A DNA stretch of 64,000 nt. Source: Octopus vulgaris. Lineage: Eukaryota. Location of the stretch: positions 70,556,001-70,620,000 of the forward strand of contig OX597833.1 in assembly GCA_951406725.2 (NCBI GenBank). The letters run 5' to 3'. Below, piece after piece: positions 37,736-51,031 of this stretch. A model generated the notes under the pieces. The model worked only from the letters and a program-made list of their open reading frames with translations, did no database searches and was not told the origin of the DNA. A program made the translations under genes and the position numbers. Within the stretch, counting starts at the first letter, position 1; the number at the start of each line of letters is the position of its first letter.

Positions 37736-39617
37736 CCTTTCAACAACATCGTCGTTCACTTCTGTGTTTTTGTTGCTATTCATCGTTGTCATCGTCGTCA
37801 TCGTCATCACAGTGACATTGGCATTGCTGGTGCCATTTCTGTATCAGCTGACTCGGTGCGGGTGCTGAGATCGTCGTCGCTGGCAACACTTGTTGTACAA
37901 TGCACAGCTTGTGTCTGCTGCTGCTGCTGCTGCTACTACAAGTAGCTGAGCAAGCTAAGGGCGTGACGATCAGATGGAAATGAAGTGGAGCGTGTCCGGT
38001 TTGAATCTACTACTGTTTGTTGCTGGTCATAATTTGTCTTGGCGGGTTATTTAGCCCCAGGTCAGCCCTGACCAAGCAGACCAGTAACCAGTGACCGAAA
38101 GCATTCCAATCCTGACCATTCTGATGTTTTTTTTCCCTTCTACTGTCATAATGTACCTTGGTCTACGTTATCCAATGTGTCCTTCATCCTCTGTTTTATG
38201 ACTGTAGGGTTTAATATCAAGGGAGATTTGGCTGCTATGTCTAATGGGTCCATGGGCTGTATTTGTTTTGTTATTTTTATAGATGATATGTAAAAAGCAC
38301 CATCCGAATGTGGCTGATGCCAGTGCCACCTGACTGGCGTCCGTGTCGGTGACATGTAAAAAGCACCAAGCAATTGTGGCCGTTTGTTAGCCTCCTCTGG
38401 CCCCTGTGCCAGTGGCACATAAAAAGCATCCACTACACTCTTGGTGTGGTTGGCGTTAGGAAAGGCATCCAGCTGTAGAAACACTGCCAGATCAGACTAG
38501 CGTCTGGCGCAGCCTCCTGGCTTCGCAGACCCCAGTCAAACCGTCCAACCCATGCCAGCATGGAAAACGGACGTTAAACGATGATGATGATGTTTAACTC
38601 CAGTTCAGATCAGATCCAGCAGACTTGTGCTAAAAAAACAAATCCACTTGCTTTCATGTTCCCCTCTTTTTTTCTTTTATATATGTGTGTGTATGTTTAT
38701 AGATATATAAGCATATATATATGTTGATACATATATAGCCTCGGGCCGACCAAAGCCTTGTGAGTGGATTTGGTAGACGGAAACTGAAAGAAGCCCGTCG
38801 TATATATGTGTATATATATATATATATATATGTGCATGTGTGTGTTTGTGTGTCTGTGTTCGTCCCCCTAGCATTGCTTGACAACAGATGCTGGTGTGTT
38901 TACATCCCCCATCACTTAGCGGTTCGGCAAAAGAGACCAATATAATAAGTACTGGGCTTACAAAAGAATAAGTCCCAGGGTCGAGTTGTTCGATTACAGG
39001 CGGTGCTCCAGCATGGCCGCAGTCAAATGACCGAAACAAGTAAAAGAGCGTATGCATATTATACATACATATACATGCATGCATGTGTATACATTTATAT
39101 GCATGTATAACATTATATATTTATCTTAGATGTAGAACCACTTGTCAACATTGTTAAGAAAATAGGGTGTGGTCTGAAGAAGGTTTGACTGCTATCTCTT
39201 GCATATTGAGTGTCCAAGTAGAGATGTCTTTGCCCTGCATTTTGTTTACTATTATACACCATGCAGCAATATATACATCTATGGAGGGACCCTCTGTGTA
39301 GTCACTCAACTTGCTAGAGGTAGTAGCCAAATCTTCCTCTAATTGCTCTCTACCATTTTTAAAATGTTCCTAAGTACACTGTATCTGAAAAGAAAATGTG
39401 AGCTGATTAGGGCTGGAATGCCTTTGACCTCTGACATAGTCAACTAGGGCTCAGTTCAGGTTAAACAACAACATTATATCTAGTTATTTGCATATATATA
39501 TACTTTATTTAAAAGCAGCAGAAATATATATACATATATATATATACCGGAGTAAACACATAAATATGAAACAAGGTGGAAAAAAGAGTACTCAAATACC
39601 AGTGGTAGAGTAATATG

Positions 39618-39750
39618 CTTTATTTAAAGCAGCAGCAAATTCAACAAGACCTGTTACTCTGAGTTTCCTGTTGCCAAAACTGTCTGATGAACGGCAACGG
39701 GAAACTCAGAGTAACAGGTTTTGTTGAATTTTCTGCTGCTTTAAATAAAG
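39618..39750. repeat. Fold-back palindrome (58-bp arms), Penelope-like inverted terminal remnant
   Basis: 39618-39675 is the reverse complement of 39693-39750 with few mismatches. Flanked by (TA)n. Confidence 0.85.
39676..39722 (+). ncRNA. Minimal type-I hammerhead ribozyme motif (Penelope-like)
   Basis: aaaaCTGT-CTGATGA-acgGCAAcgg-GAAA-CTCAGAG-TA-ACAGgtttt. Intact core, stem I CTGT/ACAG, near-palindromic stem III, GUA site at 39711-39713. Confidence 0.75.
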
Positions 39751-40740
39751 TATATATATATATATATACACTAGCAGAGATACGTGGCTTTGCCCATTTC
39801 GCATGGAATTGAAGAATTAAACTTTTCTTTTATATTTTATCTAATGAACTTGAATACCTATGATTCGAATTTCATCAAAATTGCAGATTAAGAATTTTAA
39901 TGGGGATTTTTTCCCTCTTTACACACCCTAACAAAAATTCTAATCATGACATATTTATCCCATACTACTCATCTTTATGCCCAGATTCCAAAATCCAAAT
40001 CTTATGAAACCTATTCAGAGGTTTTTACACCTGAAAAATGGAGCACATGGAGCGCTAAAATGTGGGAGTTAAGGCCCGTGTGGGGGTGGGGTCTTAAAGT
40101 CAACCAGAGAAGTTGAATTGTTGGGAATCTTTTTACATTGGGTCTGATATCTATTGTTATAATTTCTTTGAAATCAGAAATATATGAATGTTCACTGGGT
40201 TTGTAAAAGAGAGTAAAGCTACAGGAAACCAAAAGACGAATGATCACAATAAGCAGTCAGCTACCCTACCCTAGTCGTTACCACTCCCCAGTGTAGGATT
40301 CCTCACCATACAGGTGACAGGCACAGCCATAAGATGCATTAAAGATCTATAGCAATTGGAAGGGTGTGACCTAACTCAAACATTAACAACGGTGTGACTG
40401 TGATGTGAGGGCTAAGGGGAAATGAAAGTGTCACCTCTATAGTTTGCCAATGACCACTATACTGATAGGTAACTGAACAGAATAAATATACAATCTATAA
40501 ATGTCTTTGAATAATCAGTCACTCATCTGGGAAGGGCCTTGAAATCAGTGTTACCATCTGGGGATTATGTGTGACTCAATGATAATAAAAAGACTGAAAG
40601 GAGGTCTGCAACCAAATAACTTTACTCAACACTTTGCAACTGAATCAGTGGAGGCAAAGATGCCTCTCCTTTACTTGACAATTTATGCACCACATTGCAG
40701 GAATCACAATCTAAGTATATCTCAAAACAAACATACTGCA

Positions 40741-40968
40741 TTAACCCTTTAGTGTTCGCATTATTCTGCCAAAATTAATCCTTTTTTATCCACATTGTTT
40801 TGAACTAATCATGCATTATCTTGTAGCGATGAGATTTTGGTGAGGTAGCTGTTAATTTTTAAAATGATATTGTAGGGTTGGTGTGAGAGACCAGATCTGG
40901 CCATTTTGAACATGGAACAGGCAGAATACTTTTGGCCGGATATGGCCGGTTTAATTACTAAAGGGTTA
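40741..40968. mobile_element. Second TTAA/CCCTT MITE family
   Basis: ttaaccctttag ... ctaaagggtta. Homologous copies at 1097-1303, 21320-21548 and 36944-37170. Confidence 0.7.
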
Positions 40969-43355
40969 TACCTGCCCTTATGCATTGACTCACAAGCTTA
41001 CAATGGTGAGCCAAACACCTGAACCACTAAGCCATGTGCCTTTAGTTTCTAGGAAATACGATGTTGGGAAGCAATAAAACACACCTTGATTTTGTGCTTC
41101 AGTGCAGAATAGCAATCAGAATTTTTAATTTTCTTCTTTTTTCGGTAACCAAATATCTTTATACAAGTTTCTGAACTTTGGCCTGAGTTTAGAGTCATTT
41201 TGGAGCGAAATTCTTTTTTTCTCCTATTACTATTATCTTGCTGCTAAGTATCTAGGAATGGCTTGATCACCCAGTCGGGTATTTTAAGCAACATAAACAA
41301 AGATTCTGAAATCTACAGCACCTGTCTCTATGAATCTTGTTCAGAAAAGATCAGAAACGGAAAGAGTTCACAATGAGCTCTTTTCTTTGAATAACTGTAA
41401 CTTGATCAGAAATGTGGAGAGGGCTAAAGGGCAAGTTTGCCTTTCATAGGATTGCTTTGTTGTCATTGCAAAGTAACTTTGTTGAATTCTGTAAATATAT
41501 AATATATATATATATATATACACATATATAGTGAGAGTTTACAAAAGACGAAGGCGGGTGTGTAAACAACAAACAGATGTATTAGTTTAACACTCGGGAA
41601 GTGAGAAAGTCTTTTAGGTTTCAAGTATACACTCTTTGACAGAAAGGAACACAGAAATAAACAGGGAGAGAAAATTAAAAAAAGGTATATGCAAGCGCCG
41701 CTTCACTGGCATCCGTGTCATTGACACGTGAAAAGCACCAAACGATCGTGGCTGTTTGCCAGCCTCCTCTGGGCCCCTGTGCCGGTGGCACATAAAAAGC
41801 ACCCACTAGACTCACGGATATAGTTAAGATAAAAGCAAGCAAGTAATGTCTTCTGCTTGATGTTTCTGACTTCAGAGAATAACAAGATTTAGTGTCTTTT
41901 AAAGAATTCTTCAACTGTTTTGAGAAGTGAACAGAACTGCCTTGGGCAGTTTCTCTTAAACAACCATTTAACTTTCATGTGTGTGTGTGTGTGTGTGTGT
42001 CTCCAACAATGGAACATTCATAAACTCCCACCAGGAACTAAGAACTTGTGTTCTTAACTTCATTAACAGGATGCTTAACGATTCCTGGAGTTGGCCTCTT
42101 TTGTCTGCGACCAAATGTTGCCTATGGATTATACAGTGCCCTGCAAAAACAGATGCAGCTTTACTTTTGTATTTTGTATTTTTAAGAAATTGAGGAAGTC
42201 ATGATGATCGTGAGTCATTAATGGCACCCCCCTCCATTATACAAAAAACGTTTATAAGCAGGATGTTCTGTCTGAAGAAATTCTCAACAACACAAAATAC
42301 ACACTTACCATTTTTTAACTCTTTCTTGTCTTACAAATAAATACCACATCTCTTGAACCAAACTTTTGTCTCTGATGTATCTTACGGAAGCAAGAAGCAC
42401 TGTTTTTGGGGATAATCTGGCTTAAATACAGACAAGTAGCTGCCCTAAACACAACATAACCTATAGCATGCATATATATTCATGTATACATATGTGTGTA
42501 TATATATAAAGCACCCACTACACTCTTGGGGTGGTTGGCATTAGGAAGGGCATCCAGCTGTAGAAACACTGCCAGATCAGACTAGAGCCTGGTGCAGCCT
42601 CCTGGCTTCCCAGACCCCGGTTGAACCATCCAACCCATGCTAGCATATTTAGCGGACGTTAAACGATGATGATATATATATACACACACACACACACACA
42701 TACATATGTGTATGTATGTAGATGCAATTCAGCATCTCCATGGTTAAGAAGTTTGCTTCCCAACCAGGAGGTCCTGAGTTCAATCCTACTGCATGATATC
42801 TTTGGCAAATGTAATTTTCTATGGCTTCGGGTCAGTGAAAATGGGTTGTCAAAAACTTTATAGAAGCTTGTCAGGGGCATTCAAAAAGTACAGACTTGTT
42901 ACTACTCACTCTCCATCACACTCATTCTTTGGAGACCCACCATTACTCTGTGTGTGTAGTTGTATTTAAGGGGTGAGTCCACGCCCCTTGCAACTGTAAA
43001 ACCCCTGAAATGGGGCCTCACTACCAGATGCAGTTTAATGTCTTATACAGGACAAAGCCATAGGGAAGACAGCTCTTCTAGATGACACTTATCTCTTTAT
43101 CTCTTTACTGTCCACAAGGGGCTACACACAGAGGGGACAAACAAGGACAGACAAACGGATTAAGTCGATTTTATCGCCCCCAGTGCATAACTGGTACTTA
43201 TTTCATTGACCCTGAAAGGATGAAAGGCAAAGTCGACCTTGGTGGAATTTGAACTCAGAGCATAACGGCAGACGAAATACTGCTAAGCATTTCGCCCAGG
43301 GCGCTAACGATTCTGCCAGCTTACCACATTTTTATTATTCTATTATATATTATAC

Positions 43356-43389
<34 letters not shown>

Positions 43390-44259
43390 ATAGATAGATG
43401 TGTGTGTATATGTATGTATAATGTGCATGTGTAATATAATTATATAAATATTAGTTATATAAATACAAGTTAATGCTGTCTGATCTTACATAAATATAAA
43501 TAAATAATTATATCGTGTGTCACTACATAGAAAGAACTACCCTACAACCATCTCGGCTGCTCCTTTTTCCTCAACCCCACCCGTTTTCAATCTTTCCACT
43601 ACCCCTAAGGGAACAAGCCCCTCATCTGCTTTGAGAATGGCTTGGGTGGCAAATAATAATATTATTTTTGCGTAGGGGATCATCTGTTAACATTGTTTTG
43701 AGTTGATCCCTAATCTGACATACTAGGATCGGAGGATCTCCAGCTGGGATCATCTTCTGGGTCTTGTCAAAGCATCGGTTAAGCAGGGGTTTCCATTTTC
43801 CTTAGGCGTCAGCTGTTTTTACTTTTTGTGGGTGATTCATTGTAATTTTTTTAAGGCAGATTTAACTACAATTTCTAGCAGAGAGACTGACCAACACGAA
43901 GCTTCCTTCGTTGTCTCATTGTTCTATGTGTGGTTTTTACGCTTAGACTTTTGGATTCTGATAAAATTCAGGCATGTACGTGTGTGTGTGTGTGTGTGTA
44001 CGCTGTGTGTTTGTCTGAGCATACGTAAACATGTGTGATTTTGTGTTCATTCATAGGTGTGTTTGTGTATAATCAATGTATTCTGTGTGTGTACATTATG
44101 TCAGATAGTAAACGTTTTTGAATAAGGATTTGTAAACAACAATGTAAATTGTGGAGCAAGAGGGGGGTGGAGAAGGGGGGAACTGGGCGAGGTTCATTCA
44201 GGTAAAACAATACTTATTGATTAGTTTGAATTGTTGTTGTTGTTATTATTATTATTAAA

Positions 44260-45258
44260 GGCGGTGAGCTGGGTGAATCGTTAGCACGCCTGATGAAATG
44301 CTTAGCGGTATTTCGAGGTTGACTTTGCCTTTCATCCTTTCGGGGTCGATAAATTAAGTACCAGTTACGCACTGGGGTCGATGTAATCGACTTAATACCT
44401 TTGTCTGTCCTTGTTTGTCCCCTCTGTGTTTAGCCCCTTGTGGGTAATAAAGAAATAGGTATTTCGAGGTTGACTTTGCCTTTCATCCTTTCGGGGTCAA
44501 TAAATAAAGTACCAGTTCCGCACTGGGGTCGATGTAATCGACTTAATACCTATGTCTGTCCTTGTTTGTCCCCTCTATGTTTAGCCCCTTGTGGGTAATA
44601 AAGAAATAGGTATTTCGAGGTTGACTTTGCCTTTCATCCTTTCGGGGTCAATAAATAAAGTACCAGTTCCGCACTGGGGTCGATGTAATCGACTTAATAC
44701 CTATGTCTGTCCTTGTTTGTCCCCTCTGTGTTTAGCCCCTTGTGGGTAATAAAGAAATAGGTATTTCGAGGTTGACTTTGCCTTTCATCCTTTCGGGGTC
44801 AATAAATAAAGTACCAGTTCCGCACTGGGGTCGGTGTAATCGACTTAATACCTATGTCTGTCCTTGTTTGTCCCCTCTGTGTTTGGCCCCTTGTGGGTAA
44901 TAAAGAAATAGGTATTTCATCTGCCGTTACGTTCTGAGGTTGACTTTGCCTTTCATCCTTTCGGGGTCGATAAATTAAGTACCAGTTCCGCACTGGGGTC
45001 TATATAATCGACTTAATACCTATGTCTGTCCTTGTTTGTCCCCTCTATGTTTAGCCCCTTGTGGGTAATAAAGAAATAGGTATTTCGTCTGCCGTTACGC
45101 TCTGAGTTCAAATTCTGCCAGGGCTGAATTTGCCTTTCATCCTTTTCAGGTTGATAAAACAAGTACCTGTTGTTGAGCACTGTGGGTGGGGTGGTGGTTG
45201 ATCTAATCAACTTACCCCCTCCTCCGAAAATGCTGGCCTTGTGCCAAAGTCGGAAATC

Positions 45259-45260
<2 letters not shown>
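44260..45260 (+). repeat. Concatemer of SINE B body (151-bp period x4, then 168 bp)
   Basis: Units start ggtatttc at 44307, 44458, 44609, 44760, 44911 and 45079. Confidence 0.92.
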
Positions 45261-45289
<29 letters not shown>

Positions 45290-45500
45290 TTAAGGCAGCA
45301 AAACTGGTAGAACCCTGACCACAGTGGACAAACTATTTTAGTGGCATTTTGTCTGTCTTTACGTTCCGAGTTCAAACGTCACCAGGGTCCATGTTGTCTC
45401 ATCCATTTGGGGTCAGTAAAATAAGTACCAGTGAAATGCTGGGATTAATTACATCGAGTAACCCCTTTCCCCCCAAATGTTAGGCCTTGAGCCTATGGCA

Positions 45501-46068
45501 TAGTGGTTCCTAACCTGTGGTCTGTGGATCCCTGGCGGTCTACAAAGGTAGTACCGGGGGTCTGTGAACTAAATTCAAAATTTCATATATATATATGGCT
45601 GTGAGGTAAGAATCTTGCTTTACAACCACATGGTTCCGGGTTCAGTCCCACTATGTGACACCTTGGGTAAGCCTCTTCTACTTTAGCCTCGGTCCGACCA
45701 AAGCCTTGTGAGTGGATTTGGTAGAATGGAAACTGAAAGAAGACCATCATATATATATATATATATGTATATATATGTGGAGGCGCAATGTCCCAGTTGT
45801 TAGCGCAGCGGACTCACAGTCGTAGGATCGCGGTTTCGATTCCCAGACCGGGCGTTGTGAGTGTTTATTGAGCAAAAACACCTAAAAGCTCCATGAGGCT
45901 CCGGCAGGGGGTGGTGATCCCTGCTGTACTCTTTCACCACTCTTTCTCTCTCTCTCTTTCTTCTGTTGGCCTGCTCGCTTAGCCAGCGGGGTGGCGTCAT
46001 TCGAAGGCTAAAACAATGCGAACGCATTGTGACCAGCGATGTGTAGCAATATCTGATGTCTGGTCGGT

Positions 46069-46124
<56 letters not shown>

Positions 46125-46370
46125 GTGTGTGTGTCCTCACTGTTGCTTGACAACTGATGTTGATGTGTTTACATCCACATAACTTAGCAGTTCAGCAAGA
46201 GATCGATAGAATAAGTCCCGGGGTCAATTTGTTTGACTAAAGGTGGTGCTCCAGCCTGGCTGCAAACGAATAACTGAAACAAGTAAGGATAAGCATATTA
46301 AAACGGGGTCTGTGGGAAAATTCATTTAAATGAAAGGGGTCCTTGGTGGTGAAAATGTTGGGAACCATTG
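45501..46370. mobile_element. hAT (Charlie/MER5-like) MITE interrupted by nested SINEs
   Basis: tagtggttcctaacc ... gttgggaaccattg inverted ends. Confidence 0.6.
45779..46076 (+). mobile_element. tRNA-derived SINE family E nested in the (TA)n of a family C SINE
   Basis: ggaggcgcaatgtcccagttgttagcgc...ggtttcgattccc head; ends ggtcacgtgat; (TA)n on both sides. Confidence 0.8.
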
Positions 46371-46622
46371 ATCTATAGCAGAAAGGATTATTATTATTAT
46401 TGTGGATGGGTGGGTGTATGAAGAGCATGGACTGATGGATCTTTACAGGTTGGGAGTCACACACACAGTGACAGGTATCCTGGAGTTTCCATCAACCAAA
46501 TTCACTTTACATGGCTTTGGTCGGCCTGAGGCTATAGTAAGAAGACGCTTGCCCAAGGTGGCCACACAGTGGGACTGAACCCCGAACCATGTGGTTGGGA
46601 AGCAAATTTCTTACCACGCAGT

Positions 46623-46662
<40 letters not shown>

Positions 46663-46783
46663 CACACCTACACCCCCATCGTTCCTTAAATCTTTCACCT
46701 TTGAACTGCCTTTAATGAAACAAAGCTACACACGCAGTCAGCGCTGGAGATAATGTTTTTTTTACTCCTTGAAACTTGCGTGC

Positions 46784-46816
<33 letters not shown>

Positions 46817-46919
46817 GTATTTAGCCCTAGGTCGAAGTCGAACTTAGCAGGCCTATGATCAAAGCAGATCCAACCATGACCACTCTTTATTTCTCTTCCA
46901 TATTTCCAATTATAATCTC

Positions 46920-47382
46920 TACTACTACTACTACTCTTACTACTACTACTGCTGCTGCTACTACTACTATTACTACAACAACTACTATTACTACTACTAC
47001 TACTATCACTACCACCACTACTACCATTACCACCACTACTACTACTATCACCTCTACCACCACTACTACTACTATTACTATCACCTCTACCACCACCACT
47101 ACTACTACTATTACTACTACCACCTCTACCACCACCACCACTATTACTACTATCACCTCTACCACCACCACCACCACTACTATTACTACTATTACTACTA
47201 CCACCACTACTACCACCTCTACTACTACTTCTACTATTATTACTATCACCTCTACCACCACCACCACTATTACTACTATCACCTCTACCACCACCACCAC
47301 TACTACTTCTACTATTATTACTACCACCTCTACCACCACCACTACTACCACCTCTACCACCACCATTACTACTACTACTACA
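46920..47382. repeat. (ACT/ACC)n simple repeat
   Basis: Direct reading. Confidence 0.95.
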
Positions 47383-48117
47383 TCCTGCTGTTTTAAGATT
47401 CGTTTATCCAATGATAAACGAATCTTTAAAATCTTACTTAAAGACTTCACGGTTTTGATGGTTTAAGAGACTCGTTTGTTGCTTCTTGGAATTGACGAGG
47501 AAGATTAATAACGAATATGGGGGAATATTGCGAAAATTCTCAATTTTAGCTTTACACTCATGATGGAGGGAGAGATTCTGAAAGGATCGCTTCTCTGTGT
47601 GTGTGTGTGTGTGTTGTTGTTGTTGTTGGTGGTGGTAGTGAGGGAAATCAATAACCAATCGATAAATAGCTTTACAGCTCCATGTATTTATAAGTGCATC
47701 TGTGTGTGTGTATATATGTATGTACAGTGTATGTATACATATGCGTATGCACATACTTTATACATACATGTGTGTGTGAGAGAGACACACACACACGCAC
47801 GCACACACACGCACACACACACATGCACACATACACTGCCATGCTACAAACATAGGGTGGCCTTCATTCGTAAGAGTCATGTGTCAGTGAGAACAGGGTG
47901 GCTGTGGGTAGAGAGATTCGATGAAGGGAGGAGAAGCACTCTTTGATTATATACAAATTCATCTTTCTCTTTATTCATCCATCTGGCTGCCTACACACAC
48001 ACACACACACACACACACAATTTTCTTAATTGATTTTGGTCTTTGTTATAATAAGTACCCGCACACATTTTTTTACTAGTTTCCGAGAACTAGTGTCCTC
48101 AAAGGTTTTTGCCGATC

Positions 48118-48218
48118 ATCTATCTCTCTCTCTCTCTATTTATCTATCTATCTATCTCTACCTATATCTATCTATCTATCTATCTATCTCTACCTATCTC
48201 TATCTATCTCTACCTATC

Positions 48219-48268
<50 letters not shown>

Positions 48269-48325
48269 CATATCTCTCTATCTATCCATATCTGTCTGTC
48301 TATATCTATCTACCTACCTACCTAC

Positions 48326-48383
<58 letters not shown>

Positions 48384-48412
48384 CTACCTATATCTATCTA
48401 TCTATCTATCTA
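48118..48412. repeat. (TATC)n microsatellite
   Basis: Direct reading. Confidence 0.95.
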
Positions 48413-48817
48413 CACACACACAGGGCAATTCATAATGAATGATACAATTTTTTGCAATATATTCATTGTAGCATTTACAGGTATTTTTTTTGTACCATTC
48501 ATTTTGAATTACCTTGTATGTATGTGTGCGTGCACGCATGTGTGTGTGTATATATATATATATATAGTAGGTACTGCAAATTTAGGGTGAATACTTTATA
48601 AGTGTAAGCACCTGTATATGCCAGATAGTGGCAGAGGTGAGAGAGAATATATTTGATATATATATATATATATATATTACAGAGATGTACTTGCATAGCG
48701 AGTGATTTGATCAGAGATCGTGTGCTGGAACGAAAACAATTGCAGCGTGGAAGGTGTTTGTAAGCCATTTAAGAAACACACAAAAGCCGTTCGATTCACT
48801 TCAACATTTAAGTTTAA

Positions 48818-48862
48818 TTTGTCAAAATATTTTCGTCACTAAAATCCGCGACCTGTTCACTA
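48818..48862 (-). ncRNA. Second copy of variant hammerhead with G3:C8 core
   Basis: Minus strand GTGAACA-g-GTCGC-ggatttta-GTGAC-GAAA-ATAT-TT-TGACAAA. Downstream ~80 nt homologous to 22517-22597; 5' strand of stem I is lost. Confidence 0.55.
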
Positions 48863-48864
48863 AT

Positions 48865-48911
<47 letters not shown>

Positions 48912-50192
48912 AAGCGCATTGTGACTAGTGGTGCGTAACAACATCTGATAGTCTGGTCAGTCACATGATGTATGTATTGTATGTATATCCGTGTTTGTGT
49001 GTGCATATATATTCATTCATTTCCATATTTATTCTATTCTACCTCTGTCACACACACACACTCACACGTCTTTGAAAACCGTTTCCTTGTTTACTCGACT
49101 TCTCATTGGTTCCCTCCCAAATACCCTGCTCATATCACAACACCTCTTCCTTCTCGCCTGTTACACCAATTGTTTCCACTTCGATTAGCAGCAAGAAGTT
49201 TGTATACCTACCTGGGTAGCAGGAGAGAAGTGGTGGAATAGCAAAGTGAATACTACTATTTAGGGATTGACCCCCTCCTTGCCTGAGAGGGAGACAGTCA
49301 TATGGGTCAGTCCCCATTCTGTTTCTCTAACCCCTTCATCCCCATGGCATCTGAAGCTGTCCAAACAGGATTTTTATTGTGTTAATTTTTGCTGACTCAG
49401 ATGCAGTTTGTCCAATCTCTGTTCTTTTTGATCACTTTGGACAGAGTTTTTATTATTAGTATTGTCCCCACCCCCTCCATACTGTTTGCCTTTGTTTGAT
49501 ATATAATATCGATAGGACTTACAATATGAGACACACCCACAGACACACACATATATATATCTGTGTTGTTGTTAAGCAGCAACACACACATATATATATA
49601 TCTGTAAGGGTGATTAGGTGATGGTCTAGGGTTTAGGGGCGGGAGACCCCAGACCTTGGAAAAAAAAACAACCTTGGTCGTCTTGTTGTAGTCGAGGGCT
49701 CTTCGTTGACGCCCGACACCACTGGGAGGTGGCCCTCGAAGTCGCTGGATATGGAGATCTCCAGGTCCAAATTCTTGAATGGCTATATATAATGTGTGTG
49801 AGCACAGGTGTGGTTATATGGTTCTGGATTCAGTCCCACTGGGTGGCACCTTGGGCAAGTGTCTTCTACTATCGCCTCAGGCTGTTCAAATCCTTGTGAA
49901 GGGATCTGGTAAAAGGAAATTGAAATAACCCTGTCATACATGTGTGTGTGTGTGTGTGTGGCTTTGTGTCTCTGCTTGTCCTGCCACCACCATCACCACT
50001 GGACAACCAGTGTTGGTGTGTTTATATCCCCGTAACTTAGCGGTTCGGCAAGAGAGACCGATAAAATAAGCACTAAGCTTTAAAAACAATAATAAGGTCT
50101 GGGGTCAGTTTGTTTAACAAAAGAAAATTCTTCAAGGTGGTGCCCCAGCATGGCCACAGTCTAATGACTGAAACAAGTAAACGAAAAAAGAT

Positions 50193-50590
50193 AGGCGCAG
50201 GAGTGGCTGTGTGGTAAGTAGCTTGCTAACCAACCACATGGTTCCGGGTTCAGTCCCACTGCGTGGCACCTTGGGCAAGTGTCTTCTGCTATAGCCCCAG
50301 GCCGACCAATGCCTTGTGAGTGGATTTGGTAGACGGAAACTGAAAGAAGCCCGTCGTATATATCTATATATATGTATGTTTGTGTGTGTGTTTATGTTTG
50401 TCTCCTAGCATTGATTGACAACCGATGCTGGTGTGTTTACGTCCCCGTTACTTAGCAGTTCGGCAAAAGAGACCGATAGAATAAGTACTGGGCTTACAAA
50501 AGAATAAGTCCCGGGGTCGATTTGCTCGACTAAAGGTGGTGCTCCAGCATGGCCGCAGTCAAATGACTGAAACAAGTAAAAGAGTAAAGA
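50193..50590 (+). mobile_element. SINE family C (tRNA-derived head, CORE-like domain, internal (TA/TG)n); ~12 copies
   Basis: ggcgcaggagtggctgtgtggtaag...gggttcagtccc head, gtggcaccttgggcaagtg CORE-like motif, tail gactgaaacaagtaaaaga. Also at 5279-5670, 17112-17503, 23660-24073(-), 33465-33870, 38738-39048, 45596-46290, 51890-52700, 56770-57178, 57425-57810. May correspond to the octopus OR/OK SINEs (not verified). Confidence 0.85.
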
Positions 50591-51031
50591 GTATATATAC
50601 AGTGTGTGTATAATGTGGGTATATGATTGGTTAAGTTTACTGCACTATCACATGGTTTCAGGTGTAGTCCCACTGTGGTCCTGAATTTCGACCCCTAGGG
50701 ATGCATGGCAGCCCTCAAGTATCCTTCTGGCAGTCCCCTCAATAAATATAATCAAATTTTCTTCAACTGACATCTGCTTAACCTTTTTGGTGCAGTCCCC
50801 TAAAAAAATCCAGGTTTTGGATCTTGCCTGGATATTAAAAAAAGGTTAAGAACCACCGGTCTTGAAATTCTTTTGAGTTAATCAAGATCTTAGACATATG
50901 AGTTGAATCTCAGTCAACCCTTTTGATACCAACTTGTCCAAGAGTGCTCCTGCTTCTATCATACAAACTTCCTCTTTTAAGGTTCTCTTAATTAAAACCT
51001 TCCATAAGAATTATAAATCAAGTTATGATAT

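Noticed and set aside
49602-49785. Possible solo LTR starting TGTAAGGG
   Set aside because: No matching CA end, target-site duplication or second copy seen.
50193-50265. tRNA genes at SINE heads (also 45779-45850, 14020-14110)
   Set aside because: A/B box-like motifs are present, but there is no complete cloverleaf and each continues into a SINE body.
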